A model generated the notes under the pieces. It had not been told where the DNA came from. It saw only the letters and a program-made list of their open reading frames with translations, and did no database searches. DNA of 63,179 nucleotides, the filler included. It is 11 parts of 11 records of this genome, joined end to end, with 100 filler letters (N's around TTAATTAATTAA, not from the genome) between each part and the next. Parts side by side here need not be neighbours in the genome. Positions count along the whole stretch, not along the records: positions 22,706 to 29,535 come from SRR7504441_796; positions 29,636 to 34,450 come from SRR7504441_797; positions 34,551 to 37,605 come from SRR7504441_803; 8 more parts are not named here. One strand, given 5' to 3'. The position numbers and the translations under genes are program-made. Shown here one piece after another: positions 24,048-35,420 of the stretch; the first letter of the stretch is position 1, and every line of letters begins with the position of its first letter.

Positions 24048-25463
24048 TTAGACAACATCAGCCAGCTCATTAATATTCACGCTTGTAGTGGTCGCAAGCT
24101 GCAGCTGCTCAACCGTATCACTATTGCTGTATTGCGTTGCATAGTCCAGCGGCTTGCGGCCCGCGCCGTCTAGCGCATTGGCTGCAGCGCCTGCCGATAG
24201 CAATTTTGCTACGACAGCAGAATTGTCACTCATAGCAGCTAGGTGCAGCGGTGTGCGGGATGCGTTGTTTTCTGGATCCACAGCTGCGTTGGCCGCCACT
24301 AACTGAGTGACCACTTCCAAGTGGCCGTTCTGAGCAGCACAGTGGAGAGGCGACCTGAACACAGATCAACTCATTCATAAAACTACTTGTGCTCACCCGC
24401 CCGAGTTGTTGGCTGCATCAATAACAGCACCGGCCGCGAGTAGGGTCGACACAAGATCACTGTGTCCGTTCATCGCAGCAAGATTCAGCGCTGTGCTCCC
24501 GTTGTCATTAACAGCATCCACGTTGGCACCGGCTGATAACAGCACGACCAGTGTATCGAAATGCCCGCGCTCTGCTGCTGTGTTGAGTGGTGTGCGACCT
24601 CGGTTACTTTCTACGTCGACAGTAGCCTTAGCGGAGAGCAGCTCGGACACGATGTGCGTGTGACCGTTCATCGAGGCGTAGTGCAGCGGCCGGCTGAGTG
24701 TTGAGTTCGCTGAGTCAATCTCTGCGTTTGCCAGCAGCAGCGACCTCACAATGCTCATGTCCCCGCGCATGGCTGCACGGTGCAGCGGTCGGTCGCCGTT
24801 GTTAGTTGCGGCAGTCACATCAGCGTCTGCGCCGAGTAGCGCCAACACTATTTCTTCATGTCCGTTGTCAGCCGCCAGGTGGAGTGGCGTACGCTGCGAA
24901 TTATTGGTCGCGTTGACCTCAGCACCCGCCGAAACCAGCAGAGCTGCAACGCCCGTATGCCCATGTATCGCCGCCCAGTGCAGCGGCTGGCTGCGGTAGT
25001 TGTTGGGCGCCCCAGGATCGGCCCGTGCGGACAGAAGCGCCTGGAGTGCCCCGATCTGGCCGGCCCGGGCCGCGTGATGCAGCGGCGAGCTGCCTGTGTG
25101 TGGCAGCCCCCAGCTGTGCAGTCCGTCGGTCGCTCCTGAGATCGGGGCACCGCTCTGGAGCAGCGCCGGCAGCACGTGCTCCGGCCAGACCGGCGCGTCG
25201 CAGAACTTGTGCACCAGCAGCCTGTGGAGCTGGCGGGTGTCGAACGAGCGCCTGAGTACCTGGGGTAGGAAGAGCCGGAGGGGCACGCTGTGCAGCCAGC
25301 GACAGGCCCGTCGGGCCCTGGGCAGGTGCTCGAGGTGCAGGCAGGCCAGGCACTGGGCGGCCATTCCTTCGTCCAGACGGGCCAGCTGATCCCGGCCGCT
25401 CGCCACCGACCGGATCGCCTCACGCGGGGCGGGAGCCGGGCTGCTGGTCGGGGCTGCCACCAT
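24048..25463 (-). CDS. F-box-like plus ankyrin-repeat protein
   Basis: DQLARLDEGMAAQCLACL...RARRACRWL resembles an F-box; about nine TPLHxAA repeats; one 42-nt intron near 24355-24396. Confidence 0.85.
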
Positions 25464-25625
25464 CCGGCCGTCGCAGGGCCGGCAGACGGCGGCCGCTTCC
25501 CAGCCCCGCGCCTGAGTGCCCTGGAACGGCATTGCTCGTCAGGGCTCCGGCTTCCAGGCGCAAGCCCGCCGTTGGGGCTGTTTCCCAGAACGCGCCACCT
25601 ACAGCACGACCGGCGGTGGAGAGGC

Positions 25626-28600
25626 ATGGCCGGCAGCCTGGTTTTGGTGCTGGCGTGGGTCGGGCTGGCGGCCCCCGACTCGGAGCGCGACGCGCTGCTG
25701 GCGGTGTACGCCAGCACGGCCGGGGCCGGGTGGCGGGTCAAGGCAAACTGGAGCTCGGTCCAGCCCCTGTGCAGCTGGCACGGCGTGAGCTGCGACCAGG
25801 CTGGCCGCATCCGCGGGCTGTGGCTGGTCGACAACCGGCTGAGCGGGACGCTGCCCGCCGAGCTGGTCCAGCTCTCCCTGCTCAATCGGCTGGTCTTGCC
25901 GGGCAACCAGCTCGTCGGCAGCCTGCCGCCCGGTCTGGGGGGGCTGCAGCTGCACACGCTCGCGCTCGAGAGCAACCAGCTGAGCGGGGCGCTGCCGGCC
26001 GGGCTGAGGGATCTGCGCAAGCTGGTGTTGGACCTAAACCGTTTCAGCGGGACGCTCCCAGATCTCAGTCGGGCGAAGCATCTCGAGTCGATACAACTGG
26101 AGAGGAACCGCATCAGCGGGACCGTACCTAGTGCACTGGGGCGGCTGACCAAGCTCTTCCGGCTCAGGCTGTCAGGTCAAGCCACAGGCAAGATCAGCGG
26201 GACCGTACCGGCGCAGCTCGGGGGTCTAAGTCGGATGAACAGTCTGCACATGTATGATACTCGGATTAGCGGCACGCTCCCTGAGCTGGTGCAACTGAGT
26301 AAATTGCACTGGTTAGTGCTCTACAGGAACCTGATCAGCGGCCATATGACGAATGGGCTATCCAGCATGACGGCACTGAGGTTTATGGTGCTGTATGATA
26401 ATCATATCAGCGGTACTCTGGCGCCAGAGCTCGGATCACTCACTGCCCTTCAGACATTCGACTCATCATATAACAGGCTTAGCGGCATGTTACCGGCAAC
26501 TCTGTCCAGTCTGACAATGCTGTCAACGTACCGTCCTGCGTCATTCTTCAATTCGTCTTCACACAAGGAAGAGTATCGATTTAACCACCAGCACGGCAAT
26601 CTGAGCTACGTGCGTATGCCTTGTGGCTGGGCTTCAGGGCGGGACAGGTAGTACAAAGGCTCACTTCTATGGTTTGGACCTTCTCGGTGTCGCATAACAA
26701 ACTCAGTGGTACTTTGCCCAGTCAACTTGCCAAGTTATCGTTGCTGAAGCAGTTCGCCGGACACAATCACTTTAGCGGAACAATTCCTAGTTCTTTCGGT
26801 GGGCTCACAGAGGCAAAATACTTCTGGTTCGAACAAAACAAGTTCTCGGGAGTGGTCCCGTCAGAACTGTCTAGGCTCTCACACCTCTCTTTCATGGGCC
26901 TTGCCAGCAATCGGCTGGAGGGCACCATGCCAGCTTGGATCGGTTCTTTGACCGTGCTTAAAGTCATGCTTGACCTTTCATCCAATCAGATCAGTGGCAC
27001 TGTTCCCGCCGAAATCGGCAGCCTTCGTCGACTAATGAATCTCAAACTTTACCAGAATAAGATCAGCGGCTCTCTGCCGACCGGAATGAGAAATTTGACT
27101 GCTCTGAGGGTCCTTGCCCTTTATGAGAATCAGCTGAGCGGCGTGGCTCCCTCTTGGGAGATGCTTGGTCAGCTGAGCGTCTTGCTCTTGTTTAAAAACC
27201 ACCTCTGGGGTCGCCTGAAGCTGCCCAGCAGCAGCACACATCTGAAGTCATTGCTGGTGCACGCCAACCGCTTCTCTTGCCATATTGACGAATCTGGCGA
27301 TGGACTTTTGAAGCTTGACCAGAAACTCAGCCTAGTTCTGCCAGGCAATCTTTTCTCTGAAGAAATTCCAGCTTGGGTTCCGATGCACGCAGCTATTTTC
27401 CTCACAGAGGCGACCTTGTTCTGGAACCAGTGGAATGTGCAGATAGTAGAGGCTGCTGGTGGCACCTTGCTGCTGCTACTCTGTGTGCTCTGGCTGACCA
27501 ACGGCAGAATGCACGAATATGTCTGGTTCAAAGTCACCACTCCTCTTGAAGAACTGCAACTGAGAGGGAGCCTCGTGCTGGCAGTATGGTCAGTGTTAGC
27601 GATAGTACTGCTGGTCCCGATTTATGTAAACGGAGCCAACTTCTACGGTGGGTCCCGTGACGCATCAGCATTTCCCACTAACTCATGTTGGCTTGCAGAG
27701 TGCGGCAGGCCGTGGTTGCACGCTTCGCTTGCTTATTTATCTGACGATGCGACTTTAGAATGGTGTGCTGCAGTTGGTGCTTGTGTTTATGCGGTGGGTT
27801 AGCTGCCGTGCCTGCTTGACCGTCTCGGTTCTCAGGCTGTAGCTGGGTTTGCTATCGCAATGGTGCGTGCCAAGGCAAGAACCTGCATACCATTGACGCT
27901 ATACCGGCGATCTACGAGTGGCACGGGCGCACTTTTGGACAATTCCAGTCAGCTATCCGTGACACGGACCGCCCTGCTGATCGGAATCTGGCTGCTGCTA
28001 GCCTGTGTGTTGAGTATTCCGACCTTTCTCTACGGGCTAGCCTCTTCGATTCCAGTCGAAGATAACATCTTGCGGCTGGGCCGCAGCACCCTTGAGAGCG
28101 TCACTACATTTATCGGGGCGATCATGTAATCCGAGGTCTCGGTGCGCCCGTGAGCATGTATTTGTCCAGGTATGCCATCGATGCCTGTTTGATTCCAGTG
28201 CTCGCAAATTGGATGTGCTCACAGTTCAAGTTGAAGGACTATGATATGGCGGTACAGCTCATGATGGTATGCTGTCAAAACCGACGAAGACTCAATTGTA
28301 GTTTGCTGCAGATGGCAAGACTGATGACATCGAGCATTGTGCCATTCACCACTGTAATGGTGTTCAATCAAGCATGCTCAGCCAAGTGGCTCTTACTCTG
28401 GACCAAGTGCCAAGACAGCGACTCATGGGACATCTCAGGAAATCTGGTCGGGTCGCTCGCTGATCCTTTTTCAAGTACTGAACGATACATGCTGCACCAT
28501 GAGGACATCTGCGCGCCATTATATTCACACGACTGCCCGAGGGCTCAAGTGGATGTCCTTGGAGCGCTGTTTTTCGAAAAGCTATGGGTCGCAGCTTTCG

Positions 28601-29306
28601 TTGGGCCAGTGTGTGCTCTTGTGTTGTGCACGCCCCAGGCTCGGCAAGCTAAGGAATGGCTGATGAGGAAAGTATTTAGACGGCACGATTATGTGGCAAG
28701 CAAGACAATCGCGACAGAGATGGTTAGCACCAACTTGCTCTTTGAGTTTCCCGTCATACTCGGGTTCTGTGTAAGTGGAATACATAGCCTTGGCGTGTGC
28801 TTGTGTGAGCATGTGTTTGCTCACAGGTCCCGCTGCTGCTGCCTGTGGCGTGCCTTGCTATGGCCCAAGGAGTTGCGACACTCCACTTGGCTGTACGGAT
28901 GGAGGTTCAGTTCGACCAAGTATCTCGACCATCGACAAAATACATGCTTGCCGGTGGTGTTGCTGGGCTTGTTTTCAATGCTTGGTTCTTCTTCTCATGT
29001 AACCTGAGAGGTCGATATCTAGTGGCCTGTGCCGCACCAGTCCTCTTCGGGCTTGCCTTCTGGGCTCACGACCCTATGCGTCGTTGCTCAGCGGGCGACA
29101 AGGCGGCCAGGGCATCGCCCGATGGCTGGGGTGTAAGCCTTCAGGAGCCCCTACTTGAGATCGATTTACAAACAATAGATCGGCCAAGGGAGCGCGTAAA
29201 TTCCGACGTCAGCGAATTCGGCCATGGTAACAATAGCTTTATTGAGAACGTCGAGAACGATCTCAGTTCGGAGACGAATGGTAGGACAGGTAGGTGCACA
29301 ATGTGA
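25626..29306 (+). CDS. Signal peptide + plant-type LRR ectodomain + multi-pass membrane domain
   Basis: ERDALL...W...CSWHGVSC cap, many LxLxxNxLSGxLP repeats, then about 10 hydrophobic segments over several short introns. Confidence 0.8.
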
Positions 29307-29905
29307 CTAGATTCTAAGCGGCACTCTTGCGATTCCTACGAGTTGCAACATTGCATCTATCCAGTCTTTGTTACGGTATGGAGTTACCATTACCTTTACG
29401 TACAACATCTTTATGTCACACCCTAGCCTAGCTTTGCTTTAGTGAATTAATTGATTCTAATCCAAATAAAGCTCAAATGAACGCCCATTGCGGCCAAAAG
29501 CAGACATTGCGGCCAAGCAGATCATCAGCACCATTNNNNNNNNNNNNNNNNNNNNNNNNNNNNNNNNNNNNNNNNNNNNTTAATTAATTAANNNNNNNNN
29601 NNNNNNNNNNNNNNNNNNNNNNNNNNNNNNNNNNNTCGCCGGCATTTCTGGCGAAGCCTCTGGTCTGCTCTGGTCCTTTGGCGCAATGCCGAACCAAACT
29701 TTATAAAGCTAAGCTTCAAGATAAGGGCAATGCGTAGAACAAGAAACATAATTATACGCTTATAGCTACTGTGGACGCTAGCGCAGTCATAATTCAGTCA
29801 AATATAACAGTTACGAGTCTGTCTCGATCGCGAGGCACCCCACCCCTCACTTGTTGTTTTGCATCGCGCCTATGTGAATTGTGGTAGAATTGTGGCTCGA
29901 CGAGC

Positions 29906-30988
29906 TTATTTGTATGCCTGCCACCACTCAAAGATGTGCTGGGCGGCCGCCCGGATGCATGCGCGAGCCTTGGCCTGATCTCGGTCCGGCAGCGCGAGGC
30001 CTGCGTCCTTGGACAGCCAGAGCTCGAGCTGCTGGTCAGAGTAGGCCCCGCTCCCATGCAGCCGAACCATCACATGGGAGCTCCCTATCCGAATCAGACT
30101 GCGCACGACGTTCTTCCACATGGTGAGCCCGTACGGCCAGGCGGCCGACACCTTGGCCCCGGTTTGATCGACCTGCAGCCGCTCCGGGGCGAGCTGCGCT
30201 TCCAGCCGCGCTTGCTCCGCAGCACTCAGCTTGTCCCGGCTGTTGGACGAGCCCACTCTGTTGGCCGGAACGCGGTTCAAGCTGACAAACCGGGTCTCGC
30301 CCCAGGCCTGTTGGACCGGGCGGCTGAGCTGGCGGGCTGTGGGCGGGCCGCACTGGCTCAGCAGCACTGCCTGCTCCCACACCAGCTGCGGGTCCAGCAG
30401 ATCGCCCGGCGTGAGCGGCATGCTCTCGTTGTGCGCCGGCTGGGCCAGCGCGAGCTCGGCTCCGCTGTGCAGCTCGCTCTCGTCCCGGGCAACCGCCGGA
30501 TGACCTGCCGCATCGGCGGACTGGCAGTAGGAGGTCCACTCACCTGCGAATCGCTTCTTGTCCTGGTCGGCCAGCTGCTTAAACGGGAGCCGCTGCACGT
30601 CCGACATCGACTTCCACTTTTGGCCGCACCGGGCGGCCCGTTGTTTGGCCGTCAGATCGGGCTCGTCTCGGACGGACTGGCCGTCGGTCTGCTTCCAAGT
30701 GGTCTGGAAGAAGTTCCAGGCCGACCGGGCCGCCTTGGGGTAGCCCGGCGGCTTCTTGTTGGCCCGGCTCTTCTTGGCCGGCCTCGGCTCGGCCAACTCG
30801 CTGCTCGGGCGGACCAGCTGCCCGCTCATCTGCTCCACCGGCGGGATCTGAGGCTGCCGGAGCCCCGAGAGGGTGCGCGCCCCCCCGAATTCGAGCTTCG
30901 GCGGCGCTGGGGGGGCGCAAGGCGCCGGGTGGACAAAGTGGCTGATCTCTTCATCCTCGTCGTCGCTGATGACAATAACCTCGGGCAT
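29906..30988 (-). CDS. HMG-box protein
   Basis: PKAARSAWNFF...CGQKWKSMSDVQRLPFKQLADQDKKRF; N-terminal VIVISDDEDEE. Confidence 0.85.
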   Translation of the reverse strand: MPEVIVISDDEDEEISHFVHPAPCAPPAPPKLEFGGARTLSGLRQPQIPPVEQMSGQLVRPSSELAEPRPAKKSRANKKPPGYPKAARSAWNFFQTTWKQTDGQSVRDEPDLTAKQRAARCGQKWKSMSDVQRLPFKQLADQDKKRFAGEWTSYCQSADAAGHPAVARDESELHSGAELALAQPAHNESMPLTPGDLLDPQLVWEQAVLLSQCGPPTARQLSRPVQQAWGETRFVSLNRVPANRVGSSNSRDKLSAAEQARLEAQLAPERLQVDQTGAKVSAAWPYGLTMWKNVVRSLIRIGSSHVMVRLHGSGAYSDQQLELWLSKDAGLALPDRDQAKARACIRAAAQHIFEWWQAYK

Positions 30989-31082
30989 GGTCTGATGGGT
31001 ACTTGGTACAATCCCGAGCGCGACCGTTGTCGTCAGCAAGTCAGTTGTTGGTGGCCTCACTGCAGCTGCAGTGCAGCCCACC

Positions 31083-32366
31083 ATGATGGGTTCGGCACTC
31101 CTGTTCCTCTGCCTGCTGGCGGCTCAGCCGTGGCACCCACTCGTGGCGGCGGTGTCACAGCCGGGCTACGAGGTCATCCTGGCCGAGCGCTCGGGCCTGC
31201 CGGTGATCTCGGCCGCGCTCCCGGTGGGCCAGGGCAACTGCCCGAGGTCGGCGGACGGCCGGGCTTGCCAGTGCTTCAACCCGAGCTTTCTGCCCTCCGC
31301 ACCGCCCAAGCTCAACCAGAGCGGCGTGCTACTGCGTGTGTGCTGCGGGGCGAGCCCGTGCAACTTCCTGTGCACCCGGTCCGACCCCCGGATCCCGGCG
31401 TCAGCTTGCTCGAGCCCGGAGCGGTCCGCCAGGGACGACGAGTTCATCGGGTTCGCCCCGTGCGACCTGGCCAGCGGCCGGTGCGGGGACGTGCTGCCCC
31501 GGACCAAGTTCAGTCTGGACCCGTCGCAAGGCAGCTTGCAGGACCCGCGGGCCTTCCTGTACGAGGGGAGCTACTACTCGTTCTACTGGACCTCGGACAC
31601 CGGCAGCCGGCCGTGCGACCCGACTCGGCCCCAGAACATGTGCAGCGTCGGGCTGAGCAAGAGCGACGCCCCGCTGGTGCAGGGCAGCTGGCGGCTGATT
31701 GGCCGGCTGCCGTGGTACAGGAACGCGTGCTGCTTAATGAAGCCGCGTGGCCAGAAGAGCTACTGCCTCTGGGGGTTCGGCCCGAACGAGCCTTACTTGC
31801 CGGGGCTCGGGATAAGCTGGACCACCGACATCGACTCCGGCCGGTTCGAGCAGGTGCCTTGGAAGGTGGCCCCCGGGGTGCTCTCGCCGCTTGGGAACCA
31901 GTCGATGGCCTTGCTTCCGCTGGGGGCCGAATACAACGAGCTCGGGCTGGAGGCCAGCGCCCGGCCGGTCCCGCTGTCGGACGGGAACTGGCTGCACTTT
32001 TATGCGTCGTACACGTGCGGGTTTGGTTGGAACCCTCGGTACAAGCCGGAGTGCAACGGGCCAGCGGGCAACTACACAGGCAACTACACTGTGGGCTGGA
32101 TCGTGCTCAACGGGAGCGACCCGACCCAGATCCTGGCTCGCTGGAGCGGCAAGAGCCCTTGGATGAACCCACAAGCCGACTACGAGACGCTCTGCAACGC
32201 GGACCTGTCGGGCAAGTGCAAGTGGAAAGGCCAGAACCCGTGGACCTTGTTCCTGCCGAGCGCCGATCCGATCCCAGGCCAGATCGACAGCTTCAGGCTG
32301 TTCTGGGGGGGCGGCGACGGCAACACCGGCACAGGCATTGCCCACGTAAAGGTTCCGGCGTCTTGA
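31083..32366 (+). CDS. Secreted five-bladed beta-propeller glycosidase, GH130-like
   Basis: Signal peptide; QDPRA, RNA, LEASARPVPLSDGNWLHFY, YTVGWIVLNGSDPTQILAR, LFWGGGD. Intronless. Confidence 0.75.
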   Translation: MMGSALLFLCLLAAQPWHPLVAAVSQPGYEVILAERSGLPVISAALPVGQGNCPRSADGRACQCFNPSFLPSAPPKLNQSGVLLRVCCGASPCNFLCTRSDPRIPASACSSPERSARDDEFIGFAPCDLASGRCGDVLPRTKFSLDPSQGSLQDPRAFLYEGSYYSFYWTSDTGSRPCDPTRPQNMCSVGLSKSDAPLVQGSWRLIGRLPWYRNACCLMKPRGQKSYCLWGFGPNEPYLPGLGISWTTDIDSGRFEQVPWKVAPGVLSPLGNQSMALLPLGAEYNELGLEASARPVPLSDGNWLHFYASYTCGFGWNPRYKPECNGPAGNYTGNYTVGWIVLNGSDPTQILARWSGKSPWMNPQADYETLCNADLSGKCKWKGQNPWTLFLPSADPIPGQIDSFRLFWGGGDGNTGTGIAHVKVPAS

Positions 32367-32427
32367 AATGCGAGCACAGAGGGCTCCAACCTGCGTATGG
32401 GGCAGCTGATAATTATTATACAGCTAA

Positions 32428-32520
32428 TAGATTAGGATTCAACAAAGATATAAGTACAGTACGTTTATTAAAAATTCGGGGCCCTAAAACTCACATAACC
32501 TAGATTAGGATTCAACAAAG
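32428..32520. repeat. 20-nt direct repeat TAGATTAGGATTCAACAAAG in a convergent intergenic region
   Basis: Exact copies at 32428-32447 and 32501-32520. Confidence 0.9.
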
Positions 32521-32529
32521 TGTTTATAG

Positions 32530-33234
32530 CTAGGATTTGGGCACTAGTTGCAGGATAACAATCGGGAACAGCTGCTGCTCGCTCTGGAAGTCTTTATGCA
32601 GCGCCTGCCTCGGGACCTGGCTCACCACAAAGTGCCGCTCGAGCAGCTCGAAGAACTCTCGCTCGGCCCCGTGACGCCGCTCGTACGCCAGCAGCACCAG
32701 CGAGTCCGGCTTGCTCATCGCCCGCAGCGAATCCACCAGCTGCCCGAACGCCGCCTCGTACACAAACGCGGCCACGTCAGCCGCCAGAACCACATCTGCC
32801 GGCCCGCCGCAGGCCTGGTGGGCCTGTTCGTCGCCCCAGACCAGCGGGCAGGCTCTGGCCACCCCGGCCACCTGGTTGAGCTCTATGTTGCGCTGGGTGA
32901 GCTCGAGCAGCTTGGTATCCCCGTCGGTTGCCAGCACCTCAGCCGCCCCAAGCAGCGCGCAGCTGATCGAGACCAGCCCGGTGCCGCAGCCGAGCTCCAC
33001 CACCCGTGCCCCGCGCAGTGCGGCCGCTCTGTGCTCGGCTAGGTAGCAAGAGAGCACCAGACTCGAGTTGTACACGTTGGCCCCGAACCCGAATTCGGTA
33101 GAGCTCCCGCCCCGCCCGTCCGGCTTAAACTCCTGCAGGATGGTCACCCGCCGCCCCGCCACGTCAAAGCAACGCTCCGGCATCGCCCGTGCCGCGCTAC
33201 CGGCCACCAACGCGTCGTACGGCACCAGCGCCAT
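32530..33234 (-). CDS. METTL21-type (Methyltransf_16) protein-lysine methyltransferase
   Basis: GANVYNSSLVL, VVELGCGTGL, ATDG, LVWG, DVVLAADV. Confidence 0.9.
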   Translation of the reverse strand: MALVPYDALVAGSAARAMPERCFDVAGRRVTILQEFKPDGRGGSSTEFGFGANVYNSSLVLSCYLAEHRAAALRGARVVELGCGTGLVSISCALLGAAEVLATDGDTKLLELTQRNIELNQVAGVARACPLVWGDEQAHQACGGPADVVLAADVAAFVYEAAFGQLVDSLRAMSKPDSLVLLAYERRHGAEREFFELLERHFVVSQVPRQALHKDFQSEQQLFPIVILQLVPKS

Positions 33235-33252
33235 CCAGCTTCCGGCAAGCGA

Positions 33253-33264
33253 ATAGTTCCGTTA
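33253..33264 (-). promoter_or_regulatory. TAACGGAACTAT, Myb-type element in a 39-nt divergent spacer
   Basis: ATAGTTCCGTTA on + strand; YAACGG core present in all nine divergent spacers. Confidence 0.65.
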
Positions 33265-33273
33265 TCTTTCGCC

Positions 33274-33876
33274 ATGTCGGACCTTGCAGCGCTGGTTGCA
33301 GAGCTTGCGGCCAAGGAGGCCGAGCTGTGTGAGACCAACCGGGAGCTGGCCCAGACCCGGGGCGCGATCGAGCAGTGCCGGTCCGAGCTCCGGGAGCGGG
33401 ACCGGGTTCGGGAGCAGCTGGCGAGCACCAAGGCGGCGGTCGAGCAGCAGCGGCGGACCCAGCGACGGGCCGACGCCGAGCTCGACCAGCTCACCCGGCA
33501 GATGGGAGGGCGGCCGCAGACGCTGAGTAAGGTCCGGGAGCTGGGGACCGGGCAGCGGGAGCCGCCCCAAGAGGCCTGGTCTGGGGAGAGCGTCGTGGTG
33601 AGCAGCCCGGGGCCAGCCGCCAGGGAGGGGGGCGATTATCTATTGAGGCGGGCGGACGGCTGGAGGAAGGCCGGGCACCGCTGCAGGGAACCCGAACCGC
33701 TGCCGAGGTATGGGGAGAGGAGCCATCTGCCAAAGGACCGGAAGTACTGGCAGACTGCCTCAATGCTCGGCTCGGGGAATGTGCGGATGGCCACTAGAGT
33801 TGTCTCCAAGATGAGCATGAGCTCACTGTCGAGCATGATGAGAGACGCCCATCACAGCTCAGTCGGCCTCCTGTAG
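33274..33876 (+). CDS. Hypothetical coiled-coil protein
   Basis: gccATG start, heptad-rich N-terminus, AT-rich region after stop. Confidence 0.6.
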   Translation: MSDLAALVAELAAKEAELCETNRELAQTRGAIEQCRSELRERDRVREQLASTKAAVEQQRRTQRRADAELDQLTRQMGGRPQTLSKVRELGTGQREPPQEAWSGESVVVSSPGPAAREGGDYLLRRADGWRKAGHRCREPEPLPRYGERSHLPKDRKYWQTASMLGSGNVRMATRVVSKMSMSSLSSMMRDAHHSSVGLL

Positions 33877-34051
33877 CCACCTGCCTTCATGTGTACGAGT
33901 ACATATACGGTATATAATACACTCATAGCACTGATGCGTATACTCGTAAAAATTAAATGATACGTATCGGTGTTGCAAGAGTGCTAGTGGTCATATAGTG
34001 GTCAGTAGTGGTCACTACGTAGTTCTAAAGCCCTCATGGAGTCGTTTATTT

Positions 34052-34450
34052 TCACGCAATTGCAAACTTGCTTATTGCGGCAGCACTAAGTTGTGGGCAC
34101 CACGCAACTTTGAGCTCTAGATTCTCACAACATTGCGCGAGCTGATAAAGCCCTTCATCTGAAATGCTCTTGCAGGTCGACAGATCCAGGTACTGCGCAA
34201 CCGTCAGAATTGCGTGATTAGCCGGGCAGCCCACCTTGAGCACCCTGCAGCCATGGGCCAGAGCAGAGAGCCCGTCGTCGTCAACTCTAGTGTGAGTGGC
34301 GTCGAGTCGTTTCAAATTGCAGCTGTGTTTTCCGAGGCCTGCATTGCACGTGAATGCCATGTTACCAGCGGGCTGGCTACCAACGAGCAAGTCAGAAGTG
34401 ATATGGCTGCACTTGGAGACAAGTAACACCTAGCCGCCTACAGCTCAATC
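34052..34450 (-). CDS. Cys-containing (AMN1/FBXL-type) LRR protein, 3' fragment
   Basis: VDDDGLSALAHGCRVL, LDLSTCKSISDEGLYQLAQCC, with intervening short introns. Confidence 0.7.
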
Positions 34451-34550
34451 NNNNNNNNNNNNNNNNNNNNNNNNNNNNNNNNNNNNNNNNNNNNTTAATT
34501 AATTAANNNNNNNNNNNNNNNNNNNNNNNNNNNNNNNNNNNNNNNNNNNN

Positions 34551-35020
34551 AGAGTGCCGTCAGCGAGCCACCAAGTCAGGTCGCGATTGGTGCACTCCTC
34601 GCCCACCAGATAGGGCGCGCCAGCAACCCGCGGGATGCACGGCCAGTGGTCCGGCTCGGACTGGGCAGCAGCCTGCGCGCCGACTTGGTCGAGCCATTTG
34701 ACGGTCCCAGCTAACATTTGGAGCTGCTTGTCCCGGGTGCGTTCAGCGTTATAATACATGTCCACCAGTTCAGGCACCTCGTTCAGCTTCCACAGGCTCT
34801 TCCTGTGCCACCAGAGCGCGCCCATGAAGATCATGGCCAGCGCCGCAAAGACGCACAGCCGCCACCTCGCCCACCGGCCTCTGCGGCTCTTCTGCGGCTC
34901 TTCCTGGTGCTGCAGGTTGTCCGCGATGTCGTCGCTGCCCGCCCGGCCCGGCCGCCGGAGCTGCTTGGGCAACCCCCGGAAGGGCTCCGCCCCCGCCCCG
35001 ACTTTGTTCGGCTGCAGCAT
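34551..35020 (-). CDS. LicD/fukutin-family type II membrane protein, 5' fragment
   Basis: Single TM helix, then LTWWLADGTL at the contig end, matching the LicD start motif. Confidence 0.6.
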
Positions 35021-35420
35021 GGTGCGCTGCCCACCAGATTCCGAGCGAGCGGCCCCTTGAAGAGTTTTCTGAAAGAGTGAGTGATGCGCTTGGCCTGATA
35101 CAGACCCTCCCATGCGATGAATTCATCCGTGTGATGACTGCTGTTCGGGGGTGTGCATTCATGGCTGTACCAAGCTGGTGTACATATACATGTACATGTG
35201 CATAAGTCATTGACGTCACTGTAGAGTCACACCGAATATTATTTGTACATAGTAAGGCCGCGCGCGCGCGATGTTGCTTTATATAAATTGAAATTTTAGT
35301 TTCATATGATTGTATTCTCTATATGTACAGTGAGTACGCCCTAGGTACGCCCTCGGCTCTTGACAATTAGATGTACTCGCAGCTATCAACGCACTTGCTT
35401 GGTCCGGAGCAACCCTTGGG

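Noticed and set aside
29936-32503. 855-aa + strand ORF spanning two genes
   Set aside because: Shadow frame from high GC; antisense to the HMG gene and out of frame with the GH130-like gene; no motifs.
32428-32520. Direct repeat as a mini-CRISPR
   Set aside because: Only two 20-nt copies, eukaryotic context, no cas genes.
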